Shown: positions 10,259 to 20,854 of the stretch, one piece after another
Layout of the letters: each line of letters starts with the position of its first letter
Numbering within the stretch: the stretch's first letter is position 1
Source: Candidatus Versatilivorator sp.
GTDB taxonomy: Bacteria > Acidobacteriota > Terriglobia > Versatilivoradales > Versatilivoraceae
Length of the DNA: 64,000 nucleotides
Assembly (NCBI GenBank): GCA_965207735.1
Contig: OZ242296.1
Location: 768,001-832,000, forward strand
Reading direction: 5' to 3'
Translations under genes and position numbers: made by a program
The notes under the pieces: model-generated
Told to the model about the DNA's origin: nothing
The model's input: the letters and a program-made list of their open reading frames with translations, nothing else
Databases searched by the model: none

Positions 10259-11314
10259 TTACTCCGAGCCGGGTGCGGCGGGGTCCTCAGACGCCGCGTC
10301 GGGCTTGCCGTTGCCGCCTGCCAGATCCGCCCGGGCCTGAGCCAGCAGTTCTTGCAGGCCTTCGAGAGAGTTCTGGTGGGTTGTTCGGTAAAGAGACTCC
10401 AGGTTGCGACGGGAAATCTCCCGATAGCCGCCTTCAAGAAGGGAAGCTCGGGCAAAGGCGTCGATGGCTTGCGGGAATCGCTTCAAGCGGGTGGATACCA
10501 CTCCCAGCTGGAAGTGAACGAACTGGGAACGCGGTTCCTCATTCAGAGATTTGGTGAGATATCCGTATGCCCTGGCCAGATTGAGCGTGGCCAGCCTGGA
10601 ACTGCCGGCTGTTGCGGTTTTCGGACTCTTCGGCTGCTCCCGGTCCGTTCCAGGATCAGCCGGGACGGCAGAGCTCTCTTGCTGCGGTGCAGGCTCCGTC
10701 GGTGCCTGTCGTTCCATCTCATACTTGACCAGATAGGCGTGACCCAACCCGGCCAGACTCTGTGCCATATAGCTGCGGTACTCGGCTTCCCACTGCTGCT
10801 GGTCGGTATTGGCGGGCCGGACGACTCTTCGCAGCCGTCCCAGGGCTCGCGTGGCCAATTGAATGGACCGGTCAGGATCTCCCTTGTCGGAGTGAGCCAG
10901 GGCCATCAGCGCCAGAATCGGAATGTTGTCGGGCGAATGTCGCAGCGTTTTCTGTCCGTGCTCAAACATTTTCTCCGGCTGATTCAGGCTCCGGTAATCC
11001 ATGGTAGCCATGTGGTGAGCCTGGCCCAGGTAGTTGGATTCGGGATACTTCTGTGCGAAGGCTTCGACGAGGCGGGTGCGCACGGCCGGGTCTCCGGTTT
11101 GCTCTATTTGATCGAACTCTTCCCGTTCGACCGGGTCTTGGGCCAGTTGTTCAACGGGTTCCGGAACGTCGTAGATCCGGAGCTTGCCGGTTTCCGAGGA
11201 CGGTGGAGCCTGAGCCAAGAGGCGTGCCGTCCCCAGGCTCCCATACTCCGGCAGGTCCGCCTGAAGGCCTGTAACCGCAAGCAGCAAGCCGATGGAGAGC
11301 GATTTCAAGTGCAT
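10259..11314 (-). CDS. Secreted tetratricopeptide-repeat protein
   Basis: Signal peptide MHLKSLSIGLLLAVTG, helical TPR-like repeats (F.QKYPES.Y, HFQLGVV...AIDAFARA). Confidence 0.7.
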   Translation of the reverse strand: MHLKSLSIGLLLAVTGLQADLPEYGSLGTARLLAQAPPSSETGKLRIYDVPEPVEQLAQDPVEREEFDQIEQTGDPAVRTRLVEAFAQKYPESNYLGQAHHMATMDYRSLNQPEKMFEHGQKTLRHSPDNIPILALMALAHSDKGDPDRSIQLATRALGRLRRVVRPANTDQQQWEAEYRSYMAQSLAGLGHAYLVKYEMERQAPTEPAPQQESSAVPADPGTDREQPKSPKTATAGSSRLATLNLARAYGYLTKSLNEEPRSQFVHFQLGVVSTRLKRFPQAIDAFARASLLEGGYREISRRNLESLYRTTHQNSLEGLQELLAQARADLAGGNGKPDAASEDPAAPGSE

Positions 11315-11434
11315 GGCTGTCTCGAAACCATCTATCCTCTCCCCCTCCCTTCCGCCAGAATAGCAAAAATGGAAATGGCAGGGCACCCTTTTCTGGCAGT
11401 TGCGACCCGCACCGGACGGCGGAGCCCGGCTCTG

Positions 11435-12340
11435 TCAGGACACGATTCGGGCCTCGTTCGTGAGGGTGCCGATTTCCGGAATGGTGATTTCGACGGTATC
11501 TCCCTCCTGCAGGGCAGCCGCTTCCGTCTGAATGATTCCCGTACCGGTCAACAACACGGTGCCATCGGGAACCGGATTGGCATAGAAGAGCCAGTCGATC
11601 AACTCTTGGATGGTTCGTTTCATCATGCTCAGCCGAGTGTCCCCCGAGAATATGACCTGGCTGTTCCTGCGGATCTCGCAGCGGATCGACAGCGCATAGG
11701 GGTCGGGAACCTCATCGGCGGTCAGCAGCACCGGGCCCAGGGAGCAGCATCCGGAATAGATCTTGGACTGGGGAAGGTAAAGGGGGTTTTCCCGCTCGAT
11801 GTCCCAGGCCGAAACATCATTGGAAACCATGTACCCGAGAATCTCGCGTTTGGACGAAAGCAGGACTCCCAATTCCGGCTCCACTGCGGTGAACTTCGAG
11901 TCTTTCCGTATGCCGATGAAGTCGTTGGGACCGGTGCATCGGGTCTCGGTTCCCTTGAAGAAAAGCTCCGGTCGATCGGAAAAATAGACGTAGTCGTAGA
12001 TTCCCGCGGGAGCCTGGGTGTCCCCGTCACGGAATTCGGCGCTCTTCTTGTAGGTCACCCCGCAGGCCCAGACTTCCGGAGGGTGCACGGGGATGGCCGC
12101 ATGGGGCCTTGCCGGGCTCGGCGAGACGTTCAACTCCGACCAGGTCAGGGAAAGGGGTCGGGAGGAACAGTGCCTTTCCACCAGGTCCGCAAGAGAGATC
12201 CCCTCCCGGTCGGCTCCACGGGCGTAGTCCAGCAGCGTGCGCAGTCCGTTGCCCTTTGCCAGGACCGGGTAGACACTCTCATTCTCGACTCTTGCCAGGC
12301 GAAGCCCGGTTTCGGGGTCATGGATTTGGGCCAGTTTCAT
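11435..12340 (-). CDS. Fumarylacetoacetate hydrolase family protein (2-keto-3-deoxy-pentonate dehydratase-like)
   Basis: EVWACGVTY, RPELFFK, EPELG, NDVSAWDIERENPLYLPQSK, LLTGTG. Confidence 0.85.
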   Translation of the reverse strand: MKLAQIHDPETGLRLARVENESVYPVLAKGNGLRTLLDYARGADREGISLADLVERHCSSRPLSLTWSELNVSPSPARPHAAIPVHPPEVWACGVTYKKSAEFRDGDTQAPAGIYDYVYFSDRPELFFKGTETRCTGPNDFIGIRKDSKFTAVEPELGVLLSSKREILGYMVSNDVSAWDIERENPLYLPQSKIYSGCCSLGPVLLTADEVPDPYALSIRCEIRRNSQVIFSGDTRLSMMKRTIQELIDWLFYANPVPDGTVLLTGTGIIQTEAAALQEGDTVEITIPEIGTLTNEARIVS

Positions 12341-12367
12341 GAATGTCTCCTGACTGAAATGAAATCA

Positions 12368-12464
12368 GAGCCTTTTGTAAAATTCCGCAGATAGGGGAGG
12401 TGGAGAGTACTGCAGCGCTGCAACAACACCGCCGGCGCTGCACGACGAAATTTGCAAAAGGCTC
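12368..12464. mobile_element. 97-bp MITE with IS5-like terminal inverted repeats
   Basis: Ends GAGCCTTTTGTAAAATT / AAATTTGCAAAAGGCTC match the IS ends at 45417/46903; 4-bp target duplication ATCA (12364-12367, 12465-12468). Confidence 0.85.
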
Positions 12465-12465
12465 A

Positions 12466-13125
12466 TCAGTAACGTCTCGAGCGCTGCAGGGTGATGTCGA
12501 ATTTGGCCGTATCGGCAGCTGCCATGGCTGCCATGACGCCGGCTTGCACGGGGTCGCTCACGATCAGATCGGCCGCCTCGGGCACGGTTCCGGCCATGTT
12601 GAGGGACAGCACCGTAATTCCCTGTTCCTTGATTTCCTGAACCGCCTGGGTGATTTCTCCCCCCATGATGGCTCCGGCCATGACCAGTACCTTGGCGCGC
12701 GGCAACAGGGCCACCGAGCGCACCGCGGCCGCGATGTCCTCTTCCCCCACCAGCGCGATGGTGTCCACCGATATCCTTTCGCCCCGCAGGTTGTGCCGGT
12801 CGGCTTCGCTGATGGCTCCCAGAGCCACCTGTCCCACCTGGGCCCCGCCGCCGATGATGATGATCCGCTTACCATAGACCTTGAGCAGCGGATCCAGGGA
12901 GTCTACCGAAGTCACCACTTCCAGCGCCCGCAGGTCCCGGATGAGGGCGTCCACCTCCGTAACGTCGCGGAGTTCGAGATAAACGCTGGCCGCATGGGCC
13001 CGCCGTTTCACGATGTCGACCGAGCTGATATTGGCTCCGTGCGTAGCGATAGTCCGGGTGAGTTGAAAAAGAACCCCGGCTCGATCATGGGCCTGGATCA
13101 GCAAGGCGATGGATTCTGTTTTCAT
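12466..13125 (-). CDS. ACT-domain protein, AF1403/COG1707 (DUF5612)-like
   Basis: N-terminal ACT (DRAGVL...IA.HGANI), then YGKRIIIIGGGAQVGQVALGAISEADRHNLRGERISVDT, LNMAG.VPEAADL.V.DPVQAG. Confidence 0.8.
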   Translation of the reverse strand: MKTESIALLIQAHDRAGVLFQLTRTIATHGANISSVDIVKRRAHAASVYLELRDVTEVDALIRDLRALEVVTSVDSLDPLLKVYGKRIIIIGGGAQVGQVALGAISEADRHNLRGERISVDTIALVGEEDIAAAVRSVALLPRAKVLVMAGAIMGGEITQAVQEIKEQGITVLSLNMAGTVPEAADLIVSDPVQAGVMAAMAAADTAKFDITLQRSRRY

Positions 13126-13441
13126 TCGGAGGCACCTCGGAGGTTTTAAACGGGAAAACCTCCAACTTGTCGAATCTAAAGCAAGGCCCAATTCAAGTCA
13201 ACCGCGGCTGGACCGGAGGGCTGCGATGGCAGTGTCCCTGTTTCGCCTGAAACAAAAGAAAAATGAGGTCTGCACAAGGCTCGTTGCCCGATTCCCGATG
13301 CCTGTTGCGAGGTTCCCCCCGAAGCGAGTATTCTCAATTCCGGGAATTGCCGGAAATCGTCGCATACATACGCGAAATCTCGGGATCGAGCCTCAATTCG
13401 ACAGTCGAGGACCGATTTTCGCTGGATTCAAGGGAGCCTCC

Positions 13442-14797
13442 ATGACCCATCAGAGCCGTCGCAACTTCCTGCGCCAGTCCATGGGAATCGCCGGAGTGGG
13501 CGCCTCCGGCTACCTGGCATCCAGTCGGCCTCTCCGGGCGGGGCCTCCGGCGCCTTCCGAAGCACTGGGCGCCAACGACCGGATTCTGGTTGGCCTCATT
13601 GGTTGCGGGGGGAGAGGCCGCAGGTTGCTGGAATACTTTCTCAAGGTGGACAAGGTGCGCTGCACGGCCCTCTGCGACGTGGACGATGGACACATCTCCA
13701 AAGCGCTGCGTACGGTTGAGACTGCCGCCGGCCCCATGCCCTTGCAGACCCGTGACTTCCGGCAGATCCTGGACTTGAAGGAGTTGGATGCCGTCATCGT
13801 GGCCAGTCCCGATCACTGGCATGCCCTCCAGACAGTGGCGGCCTGCCAGGCCGGAAAGGACATCTACGTCGAGAAACCGCTTTCCCTGACCATTCGGGAG
13901 GGTCGAACCATGGTCAGAGCCGCTCGGCTCTACCAGCGAGTGGTCCAGGTAGGGACCCAACAGCGGAGTGCTCCCCAATTCGCTCAGGCGGTGGAATATG
14001 TGAAGTCCGGACAGCTTGGGAGGGTTCGCCTGGTCCGAACCTGGGCCTATCTGGATTGGAAGGCGGCCACCCCCAAGGCTCCCGACCGTCCCCCGCCTGC
14101 CCGGGTGGACTACAACCTGTGGCTGGGCCCGGCCAGGAGCCAACCCTTCAACCCCAACCGGTTCCATTTTACCTTCCGCTGGTACTGGGACTATTCGGGG
14201 GGATTGATGACCGACTGGGGGGCTCACATGGTCGATATCGCCAACTGGGGCATGGGGGTCAAGGCGCCCGCTTCGGCGTTCTCCGCCGGAGGAAAATTCG
14301 CCTACCCCGAGGACGCCATGGAGACCCCGGATACCCAGCAGGTCACCTGGGCCTTCCCCCATTTCACCATGATATGGGAACACGCTCTGGGTGTGGGGCG
14401 CGGACCGGAGGCGCGTGAGCACGGGGTTGCCTTTCACGGAGAAAACGGGGTTCTGGTGGTGGACCGCTTCGGCTGGGAGGTGTTTCCCGAAACCCGGAGA
14501 ATCGACAACAGGCAGCGCACCTACAAGGTCGCGGGGTTGCCCCGGCAGAGGGTCGGGCGGGATTACACTCCCGACCATGTGCAGAACTTCCTGGATTGCA
14601 TGCGCTCCCGAGAAGCTCCGGTGGCGGACGTTGAAATCGGACACAACTCGGTCATTGCCTGCCACCTCGGCAATATCGCCCAGCGTCTGGGACGTCAGAT
14701 CCGCTGGGACGTGGAACAGGAACAGGTGATCGGCGATCCCGAAGCGGAAGCCATGACTGCCGTGAACTATCGGGCGCCCTGGAAGCTGTCGCTATAG
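13442..14797 (+). CDS. Tat-exported Gfo/Idh/MocA oxidoreductase
   Basis: SRRNFL Tat motif, IGCGGRG, SPDHWH, YVEKP, QVGTQQRS, DWGAH. Confidence 0.9.
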   Translation: MTHQSRRNFLRQSMGIAGVGASGYLASSRPLRAGPPAPSEALGANDRILVGLIGCGGRGRRLLEYFLKVDKVRCTALCDVDDGHISKALRTVETAAGPMPLQTRDFRQILDLKELDAVIVASPDHWHALQTVAACQAGKDIYVEKPLSLTIREGRTMVRAARLYQRVVQVGTQQRSAPQFAQAVEYVKSGQLGRVRLVRTWAYLDWKAATPKAPDRPPPARVDYNLWLGPARSQPFNPNRFHFTFRWYWDYSGGLMTDWGAHMVDIANWGMGVKAPASAFSAGGKFAYPEDAMETPDTQQVTWAFPHFTMIWEHALGVGRGPEAREHGVAFHGENGVLVVDRFGWEVFPETRRIDNRQRTYKVAGLPRQRVGRDYTPDHVQNFLDCMRSREAPVADVEIGHNSVIACHLGNIAQRLGRQIRWDVEQEQVIGDPEAEAMTAVNYRAPWKLSL

Positions 14798-14917
14798 CCG
14801 CCAGGCGAAGACTTGTGCGCGCGGGCAGTGCCGCGTTGGCGACGGCGTTCGAAGGCTTCAGGTAGTGCCGTGCTATACTCTTTCCCTTCAATTTGCACCA
14901 CTTACCCGGGGGGCCCC

Positions 14918-15364
14918 ATGGCGGAAGAAGACAGTAATTTCAAGGTTGCCGATCGCCGCAAGTTCACCGAGGACGGGCAGTTGCGAGACTCGGTGGAGGA
15001 GGCCCCAAGCAGAGCTGCCAGTCCTTCCGGCGAATTCGGCGCCGCCCAGGGCCCGGAGAAGGTTGCTGCGAGCGGCTCAGCCCCTGTTGTCGGTCGAGAG
15101 GACCAGGACTCCAAGGTGGACTTCCACACCTTGGTTCTGTCCCTTGCCACTACGGGTCTGTACCAGCTCGGACTGGCTCCCCATCCTGAAACCCGGAAAG
15201 TCGAAAAAGACCTCCCGGGGGCACGACAAACCATCGAAATCCTGGAAGTCTTGCAGGATAAGACCCGGGGAAACCTCAATCCCGACGAGACCCGGCTGTT
15301 GGATCAATGCTTGCACGACCTCAAGATGAGCTTTGTCCAGAGCTCCCGCAGGGTCACCTTGTGA
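14918..15364 (+). CDS. DUF1844 domain protein
   Basis: FKVADRR, DF.TLVLSLAT...LG..P.P, ARQTI..LE.LQDKTRGNL. Confidence 0.8.
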   Translation: MAEEDSNFKVADRRKFTEDGQLRDSVEEAPSRAASPSGEFGAAQGPEKVAASGSAPVVGREDQDSKVDFHTLVLSLATTGLYQLGLAPHPETRKVEKDLPGARQTIEILEVLQDKTRGNLNPDETRLLDQCLHDLKMSFVQSSRRVTL

Positions 15365-15430
15365 TCCATTCCCGGCTCTCTGAGCCGTTGCCTTCCATCT
15401 CAGACGAGTTGCCTTGGCTCTCCATCGAAC

Positions 15431-16951
15431 ATGCCTTCGAACGACTTGAGCATGCCCGATACCGCTGACAGCAGCATTCACCAACGATTTTCGACGCGAT
15501 GGGGCCTTCTTTTCAGCGTCTTGGGGGTGGCGGTGGGGACCGGAAACATCTGGAGGTTCCCCCGTATCGCCGCTCAAAACGGGGGCGAGCACGGTGCGGG
15601 GGCCTTTCTGGTCAGTTGGGTGCTTTTCCTGTTTCTGTGGAGCATCCCCTTGATCGTGGCCGAATACGCCATCGGCCGGCGGAGCCGCAAGGGTCCGGTC
15701 GAAGCCCTGACTGCCATTGCGGGGCGGAATCTGGCCTGGACCGGTGGCTTCGTCGCCTTTGTCTCGGCAGCCATCACCTTTTACTACGCTGTGGTGGTGG
15801 GTTGGTGCCTCTATTACCTGTTTCAGATGGTCACCGCGCCACTGCCGCTGTCCACCGAAGCCGCCTTCTCCACCTGGAACCGCTTCCAGTCCTCCGCCTG
15901 GCCTTCCTTCTTCCATGCTCTCGTCCTGGTTCTGGGCGTTCTGGCGATCTGGCGGGGGATCCGCTCCATCGAACGTCTCAACCGCTGGATGATTCCCACC
16001 CTGCTGGCGATCGTCCTGATCTCGCTGGTTCGTGCCCTGACCCTGCCCGGCTCATCGGCGGGCGTGGTCTATCTGTTCACGCCCGACTGGGAACAGCTGC
16101 TTCAGCCGAGAATCTGGCTGGAAGCCCTCAGCCAGAATGCCTGGGATACCGGAGCCGGCTGGGGGCTCTTCTTGACCTATGCCGCCTACATGCAGCGACA
16201 ACAACCCATCGTCAAGAATGCCCTGTTGACCGGTATCGGGAACAACCTGGTCTCTTTGCTGGCGGCCCTGATCGTTTTTGGGACGGTCTTCTCGATCCTG
16301 CAGTCGGAAATGTCCCTGTCCCGCCAGGAGACTCTCGAGATCCTGCGCTCCAGCGGCCCTGCCTCTACCGGGCTGACCCTGATCTGGATGCCCCAGCTGT
16401 TCGCCCGCATGTCCTTGGGGACTCCCCTCTCCATCCTGTTTTTCCTGGGACTGACGCTGGCGGGCTTCAGCTCGCTCATGGCCATGCTGGAACTACAGGC
16501 CCGGGTGCTGGTGGATGCGGGCTTGACCCGGTCCAGGGCGGTGCTGCTGGTGTCGGTCGTCAGCTATCTGCTGGGCATCCCCTCTGCGCTCAGCCTGTCC
16601 TTTTTCGGGAACCAGGACTTCGTCTGGGGTGTGGCCTTGATGATCTCGGGGGCGCTGGTCGCCTTTGCCGTGACCCGATACGGGTGTGCGCGCCTGCGAG
16701 GAGAGGAACTGCCGGCCATTTCCGGCGATCTGTCCCTGGGGCGGTGGTGGGATGTTTCCATGAAGTACGTGGTCCCGGTGGCGGCTTCCCTGTTACTGTT
16801 GTGGTGGCTGTCGCTGTCGGCCACGGTCTACGCCCCGGATCAATGGCACAATCCCCTGCTTCCCTACAGCGTCATGACCTGCCTGGTGCAGTGGGGAGCG
16901 GTGTTGACGGTGCTGTGGCTCCTCAACCACCGCCTCTCCCGGCGCAGGTAA
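15431..16951 (+). CDS. Sodium-dependent transporter, neurotransmitter:sodium symporter (SNF/NSS) family
   Basis: F.TRWG...GVAVGTGNIWRFP, GAGAFL, about 12 TM helices. Confidence 0.9.
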   Translation: MPSNDLSMPDTADSSIHQRFSTRWGLLFSVLGVAVGTGNIWRFPRIAAQNGGEHGAGAFLVSWVLFLFLWSIPLIVAEYAIGRRSRKGPVEALTAIAGRNLAWTGGFVAFVSAAITFYYAVVVGWCLYYLFQMVTAPLPLSTEAAFSTWNRFQSSAWPSFFHALVLVLGVLAIWRGIRSIERLNRWMIPTLLAIVLISLVRALTLPGSSAGVVYLFTPDWEQLLQPRIWLEALSQNAWDTGAGWGLFLTYAAYMQRQQPIVKNALLTGIGNNLVSLLAALIVFGTVFSILQSEMSLSRQETLEILRSSGPASTGLTLIWMPQLFARMSLGTPLSILFFLGLTLAGFSSLMAMLELQARVLVDAGLTRSRAVLLVSVVSYLLGIPSALSLSFFGNQDFVWGVALMISGALVAFAVTRYGCARLRGEELPAISGDLSLGRWWDVSMKYVVPVAASLLLLWWLSLSATVYAPDQWHNPLLPYSVMTCLVQWGAVLTVLWLLNHRLSRRR

Positions 16952-16969
16952 GTCAAGCCGCGCTGCACG

Positions 16970-17125
16970 GGGCGGATCATACGAGAGTGAAACAATCGGA
17001 AATCGACCAATTCCTTCGCGACCTTGGCAACCCGTCGCGGTTAACCTCAATGCCTTAGTGGCCCTTCGTCGTTCTTCGTGTTCCTTCGTGGATAACTCTT
17101 TTTTTGTTTTTTTTCGTTTGTTTCG
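16970..17125 (+). repeat. Dispersed ~130-bp intergenic repeat, copy A
   Basis: gagtgaaacaatcggaaatcgacc...ttcgcgaccttg...cccgtcgcggttaacctcaatgccttagtggcccttcg is near-identical to the reverse complement of 41275-41404. Confidence 0.8.
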
Positions 17126-17158
17126 AGTAAGTTCTGAATCCGAGCCGTTGGCAGATCC

Positions 17159-18109
17159 ATGGAACGAATCCGCGTCATTGACTCCCATACCGCCGGCGAA
17201 CCGACCCGGGTGGTGGTGGAGGGTGGGCCCGACCTGGGAAGCGGTCCCATGGCGGAAAGACTGATCCGTTTTCGCGACCGTTTCGATCCCTTTCGCTCGG
17301 CGGTCGTGAATGAGCCGCGCGGTTCCGATACGCTGGTGGGAGCCCTTCTCTGCGAGCCCTTCGAAACGGATAGCGCCGCCGGAGCGATCTTCTTCAATAA
17401 CGTGGGCTATCTGAGCATGTGCGGTCACGGCGCCATCGGGATTGTGGCCACCCTTGGCCATCTGGGCCGCATCAAGCCCGGGCGGCATCGTCTGGAAACC
17501 CCCGCGGGCACCATTGCAGCCGGCTTGCAGGCTTCCGGAGAAGTAGTCATCGAGAACGTGGCCAGCTTCCGTTGGTCCAAGGGGGTGGCTTTGGATCTGG
17601 AGACTTACGGCCGCTTGACGGGAGATGTGGCCTGGGGAGGCAACTGGTTCTTCCTGAGTGAGGACCACGGCCTGCGGCTGTCTCCGGACAACACCGACCG
17701 CTTGCTCGACTGTACCTGGAAAATCAGGAGAGAGCTCCGTAAGCGGGGAATCACCGGTAAGGACCGGCGGGAGATCGATCACATCGCACTCTTCGCCCCG
17801 CCGCAGCGCACCGACGCCGACGCCAGGAACTTTGTGCTGTGTCCCGGGGGCTCCTACGACCGCTCACCCTGTGGTACGGGCACCTCTGCGAAAGTCGCTT
17901 GCCTGGTGGCCGACGGCCGTATCGGCCAAGGACAGACCTGGCGTCAGGAGAGCATCATCGGCAGTCTGTTCGAGGCTACGGTCCGCCTCGATCGGGGTCG
18001 CATTGTGCCCGCCATCAAGGGAGCGGCTTTTGTCACCGCCGAGGCCACGCTCCTGCTGCATCCGCGAGACCCACTGAGAATGGGTCTCAGGCCTGCCGCC
18101 AGTCCCTGA
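17159..18109 (+). CDS. Proline racemase family protein, probably 4-hydroxyproline 2-epimerase
   Basis: IDSHTAGEPTR, EPRG, MCGHG and DRSPCGTGTSAK with both catalytic Cys. Confidence 0.85.
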   Translation: MERIRVIDSHTAGEPTRVVVEGGPDLGSGPMAERLIRFRDRFDPFRSAVVNEPRGSDTLVGALLCEPFETDSAAGAIFFNNVGYLSMCGHGAIGIVATLGHLGRIKPGRHRLETPAGTIAAGLQASGEVVIENVASFRWSKGVALDLETYGRLTGDVAWGGNWFFLSEDHGLRLSPDNTDRLLDCTWKIRRELRKRGITGKDRREIDHIALFAPPQRTDADARNFVLCPGGSYDRSPCGTGTSAKVACLVADGRIGQGQTWRQESIIGSLFEATVRLDRGRIVPAIKGAAFVTAEATLLLHPRDPLRMGLRPAASP

Positions 18110-18453
18110 ACTTTCGACCCATTGCCACTGGCAATCCCTCAGCCCCACATTCTTTTTGGTTAGAGGCTCGAGAAAACCTATAATGCCGCAACGGTGGCCG
18201 CATCATGACTCCCCGCGCCGACTGGAATCCTGCATCTCACCGGGGAACATCCAGCAAATTTTTTACCAAGACCTTCACAATAGGGACGCCATAATGCTGA
18301 AAAAGAGAAGCTTGGGATGGTTTGTGCATCGACCTGTCCGGTGGGCAGGGACAAGCTTTAGAAAATGGCGATTCCAAGGACTCGATAACCAAGTGGAGGT
18401 TCGGGCGTTCCTGTAACGGGATCGCACACATCCGATCCTCCGGATCTGACAAT

Positions 18454-20007
18454 ATGTTTTCAGAGCATTTGTTGAGATGGCCCGATCTGGTGGCCATATG
18501 CATCAACTTGAGCGCCATGGTGGTGATTGGCGTCTATACGGCCCGCCGCAACCGTTCTGCCGACGCCTACTTCCTGGCCAATCGCAGCATGCCGGGCTGG
18601 ATCGTCGGATTTTCGCTGATGGCGACCATCATCAGCTCGATGACCTTTCTGGCCATTCCCGGCTTTACCTTCGCCAAGGACTGGCGGTACATGCCGGCGC
18701 ATTTTCTCTATTTCATCCCGGCCATCGTCGCCTATTTCCTGTTCATGCCCTACTTCCGCCGGGGGCACGTCCGCTCGGCCTACGAGTATCTGGAGCATCG
18801 CTTCGGCACCTGGGCGCGGTTGTATGCCGCCGCGGGCTTTCTGGTGTTTCAGATGTTTCGCACCGGAGTGATTCTCTATGCCGTCTGTCTTCCCTTCGGT
18901 CCCATGACCGGTTTTCCCCTGGAATGGGTGATCCTGGTGCTGGGTATCCTGGTGGCCACCTACACCATTCTCGGCGGCTTGGAAGCCGTCATCTACACCG
19001 ACCTGCTTCAGGGAATAGCCCTGATTGTCGGTGGACTCATCTGCGTTCCCGTGGCTCTCGGTCTCATTCCGGGCGGGTTGTCGCAGGTCTTTACCGAAGC
19101 GGTAGCCGACGGAAAATTCGCAATGGGAAGCACCGGCTGGTCCTGGGACGATCAAACCGTCTGGGTGCTCATCATCGTCTACCAGTTCATCTTCTTCCAA
19201 CTGCTTTGCACCGACCAGAACGCCGTCCAACGTTACATTGCCATGAGGACCGACCGGGATGCCAAGCAGGGTTTGGTCCTGTCAACCGTCATGACCATTC
19301 CGGTCTGGCTCTATTTCGCTTTCATCGGCACGGTCCTTTACGTTTATTACAAGCACTTCCCTGCCGCGGAGCTGGAGAGCCTGGTTCCCGAGCAGGCCTT
19401 CCCCTTTTTCGTGCTGACCCAGATCCCGGCCGGTGCGGCCGGTTTCGTCCTTTCCGGGCTGCTGGCCGCGGCCATGTCCACCCTGGACTCCGGCATCAAT
19501 GCTTCGGCCGCCACCCTGACCAATGACTTCTACCGCCGATTCAAGAAGTCGGTGCAAGACGAACGGCACTATCTCAAGTTCGGCCGCTGGGTCTCGGTGG
19601 CCTTTGGTGGAATCATGATCACGGTGGCGCTTTTCATCCATTTCGCCCGCACCCAGACCCTCATGGACTTGCAGACCCTGGTGTTTTCGATCCTCAGCGG
19701 GGGGCTGCTGAGCATCTTCCTGCTGGGGTTTCTGACCGAACGAGTCCACAGCCGGTCGGCGCTGATCGCTGCCATCGTTACCGTTTCAGGGGTTTGCTTC
19801 TGGCTGTTTGCAGACTCGGCCACGGGAACTCGGCTGATGCCCGAGTTCCAGAAAATGCTGCCCGACAAGTTTTGGATCGTGGTGTTTTCGAATATCTTCC
19901 TGTTCGGCCTGGCCTACCTGTTGAGTTTCTTCGTGCGGTCCGGAGAAAGCAAGAATCTGCAGAATTTGACCGTGTGGACCTCCAGGGCCGATAATCTTCC
20001 CGGCTAA
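18454..20007 (+). CDS. Sodium:solute symporter (SSS family)
   Basis: YFLANRSMP, SAYEYLE.RFG, YT..GG.EAVIYTD..Q, DQ..VQRY, AAMSTLDSG.N; start set at ATG 18454. Confidence 0.9.
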   Translation: MFSEHLLRWPDLVAICINLSAMVVIGVYTARRNRSADAYFLANRSMPGWIVGFSLMATIISSMTFLAIPGFTFAKDWRYMPAHFLYFIPAIVAYFLFMPYFRRGHVRSAYEYLEHRFGTWARLYAAAGFLVFQMFRTGVILYAVCLPFGPMTGFPLEWVILVLGILVATYTILGGLEAVIYTDLLQGIALIVGGLICVPVALGLIPGGLSQVFTEAVADGKFAMGSTGWSWDDQTVWVLIIVYQFIFFQLLCTDQNAVQRYIAMRTDRDAKQGLVLSTVMTIPVWLYFAFIGTVLYVYYKHFPAAELESLVPEQAFPFFVLTQIPAGAAGFVLSGLLAAAMSTLDSGINASAATLTNDFYRRFKKSVQDERHYLKFGRWVSVAFGGIMITVALFIHFARTQTLMDLQTLVFSILSGGLLSIFLLGFLTERVHSRSALIAAIVTVSGVCFWLFADSATGTRLMPEFQKMLPDKFWIVVFSNIFLFGLAYLLSFFVRSGESKNLQNLTVWTSRADNLPG

Positions 20008-20054
20008 GGGAGATCTGGGGCCAACCGAACAATAAACGAAAGGAATGCCTGTCC

Positions 20055-20837
20055 ATGTTTCAAAACCGGGTCAAGCAGCTCTTGCAGGCGGGGAAGGCCG
20101 CCTGGGGTGCCGGTCTGGCCGACGCCTCAGAGATTGTGGCCCAGGCGACCATCGAGACCGGCATCGATTTCCTGTGGATCGATCTGGAGCATCGACCCTA
20201 TGAGGTTGATGCCGTACGCTGGATTCCCATCCTCTGCCGCCGCAAGTCATGCGTCCCGCTGGTCCGGGTGGCAGGGCTGGAATCCCATCTCATCAAGAAG
20301 GCCCTGGACATCGGGGCCAGCGCCATTATGGTGCCCCAGGTCAACTCGGCCGCGGAGGCCCAGCGAGCCGTTGAATACTGCAAATACCCGCCGGAGGGTA
20401 CCCGAGGCGTCTCGCCGTTGTGGCCTCTCTTCGAGGGGGTTTCCTGGAGCGACTATCTCCCCCGAGCCAACCAGGAAACACTGGTCGTCGTCCAGATCGA
20501 GACCGCGCCGGGCATCGAGAACCTGGAGTCCATTGCGGAGGTTCCGGGAGTGGATGTCCTGTTTTTGGGACCCACCGACACCTCTGCCGCACTGGGTCAT
20601 ATTGGCCAGATTGAGCATCCCGAGGTTCAGGCGTTCCTTGCCGACTTTCCCCGCCGGGTGGCTCCCTCGGGGAAAGCCAGCGGGATCACCCTGCAATCCC
20701 TGCAGGAGTGCCGGAGGGCCTATGAACAGGGCTATCGCTTTATTGTCTGCGGCAACGTGGTGCACAGCGGCGGGGTGGCTCTGACATCGCATCTCGACCA
20801 TTTGAGGGCCGTGGAGACGCCGGAAGGCTCGCATTGA
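20055..20837 (+). CDS. HpcH/HpaI aldolase family protein
   Basis: WIDLEH, LVRV, KALDIGA, KYPP.G.RG, VQIET, FLGP.D. Confidence 0.9.
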   Translation: MFQNRVKQLLQAGKAAWGAGLADASEIVAQATIETGIDFLWIDLEHRPYEVDAVRWIPILCRRKSCVPLVRVAGLESHLIKKALDIGASAIMVPQVNSAAEAQRAVEYCKYPPEGTRGVSPLWPLFEGVSWSDYLPRANQETLVVVQIETAPGIENLESIAEVPGVDVLFLGPTDTSAALGHIGQIEHPEVQAFLADFPRRVAPSGKASGITLQSLQECRRAYEQGYRFIVCGNVVHSGGVALTSHLDHLRAVETPEGSH

Positions 20838-20854
20838 TCGGCTAGATTTCCATC

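Noticed and set aside
9659-12394. 911-aa plus-strand ORF
   Set aside because: Antisense shadow of four recognisable minus-strand genes; no motifs; typical of high-GC DNA
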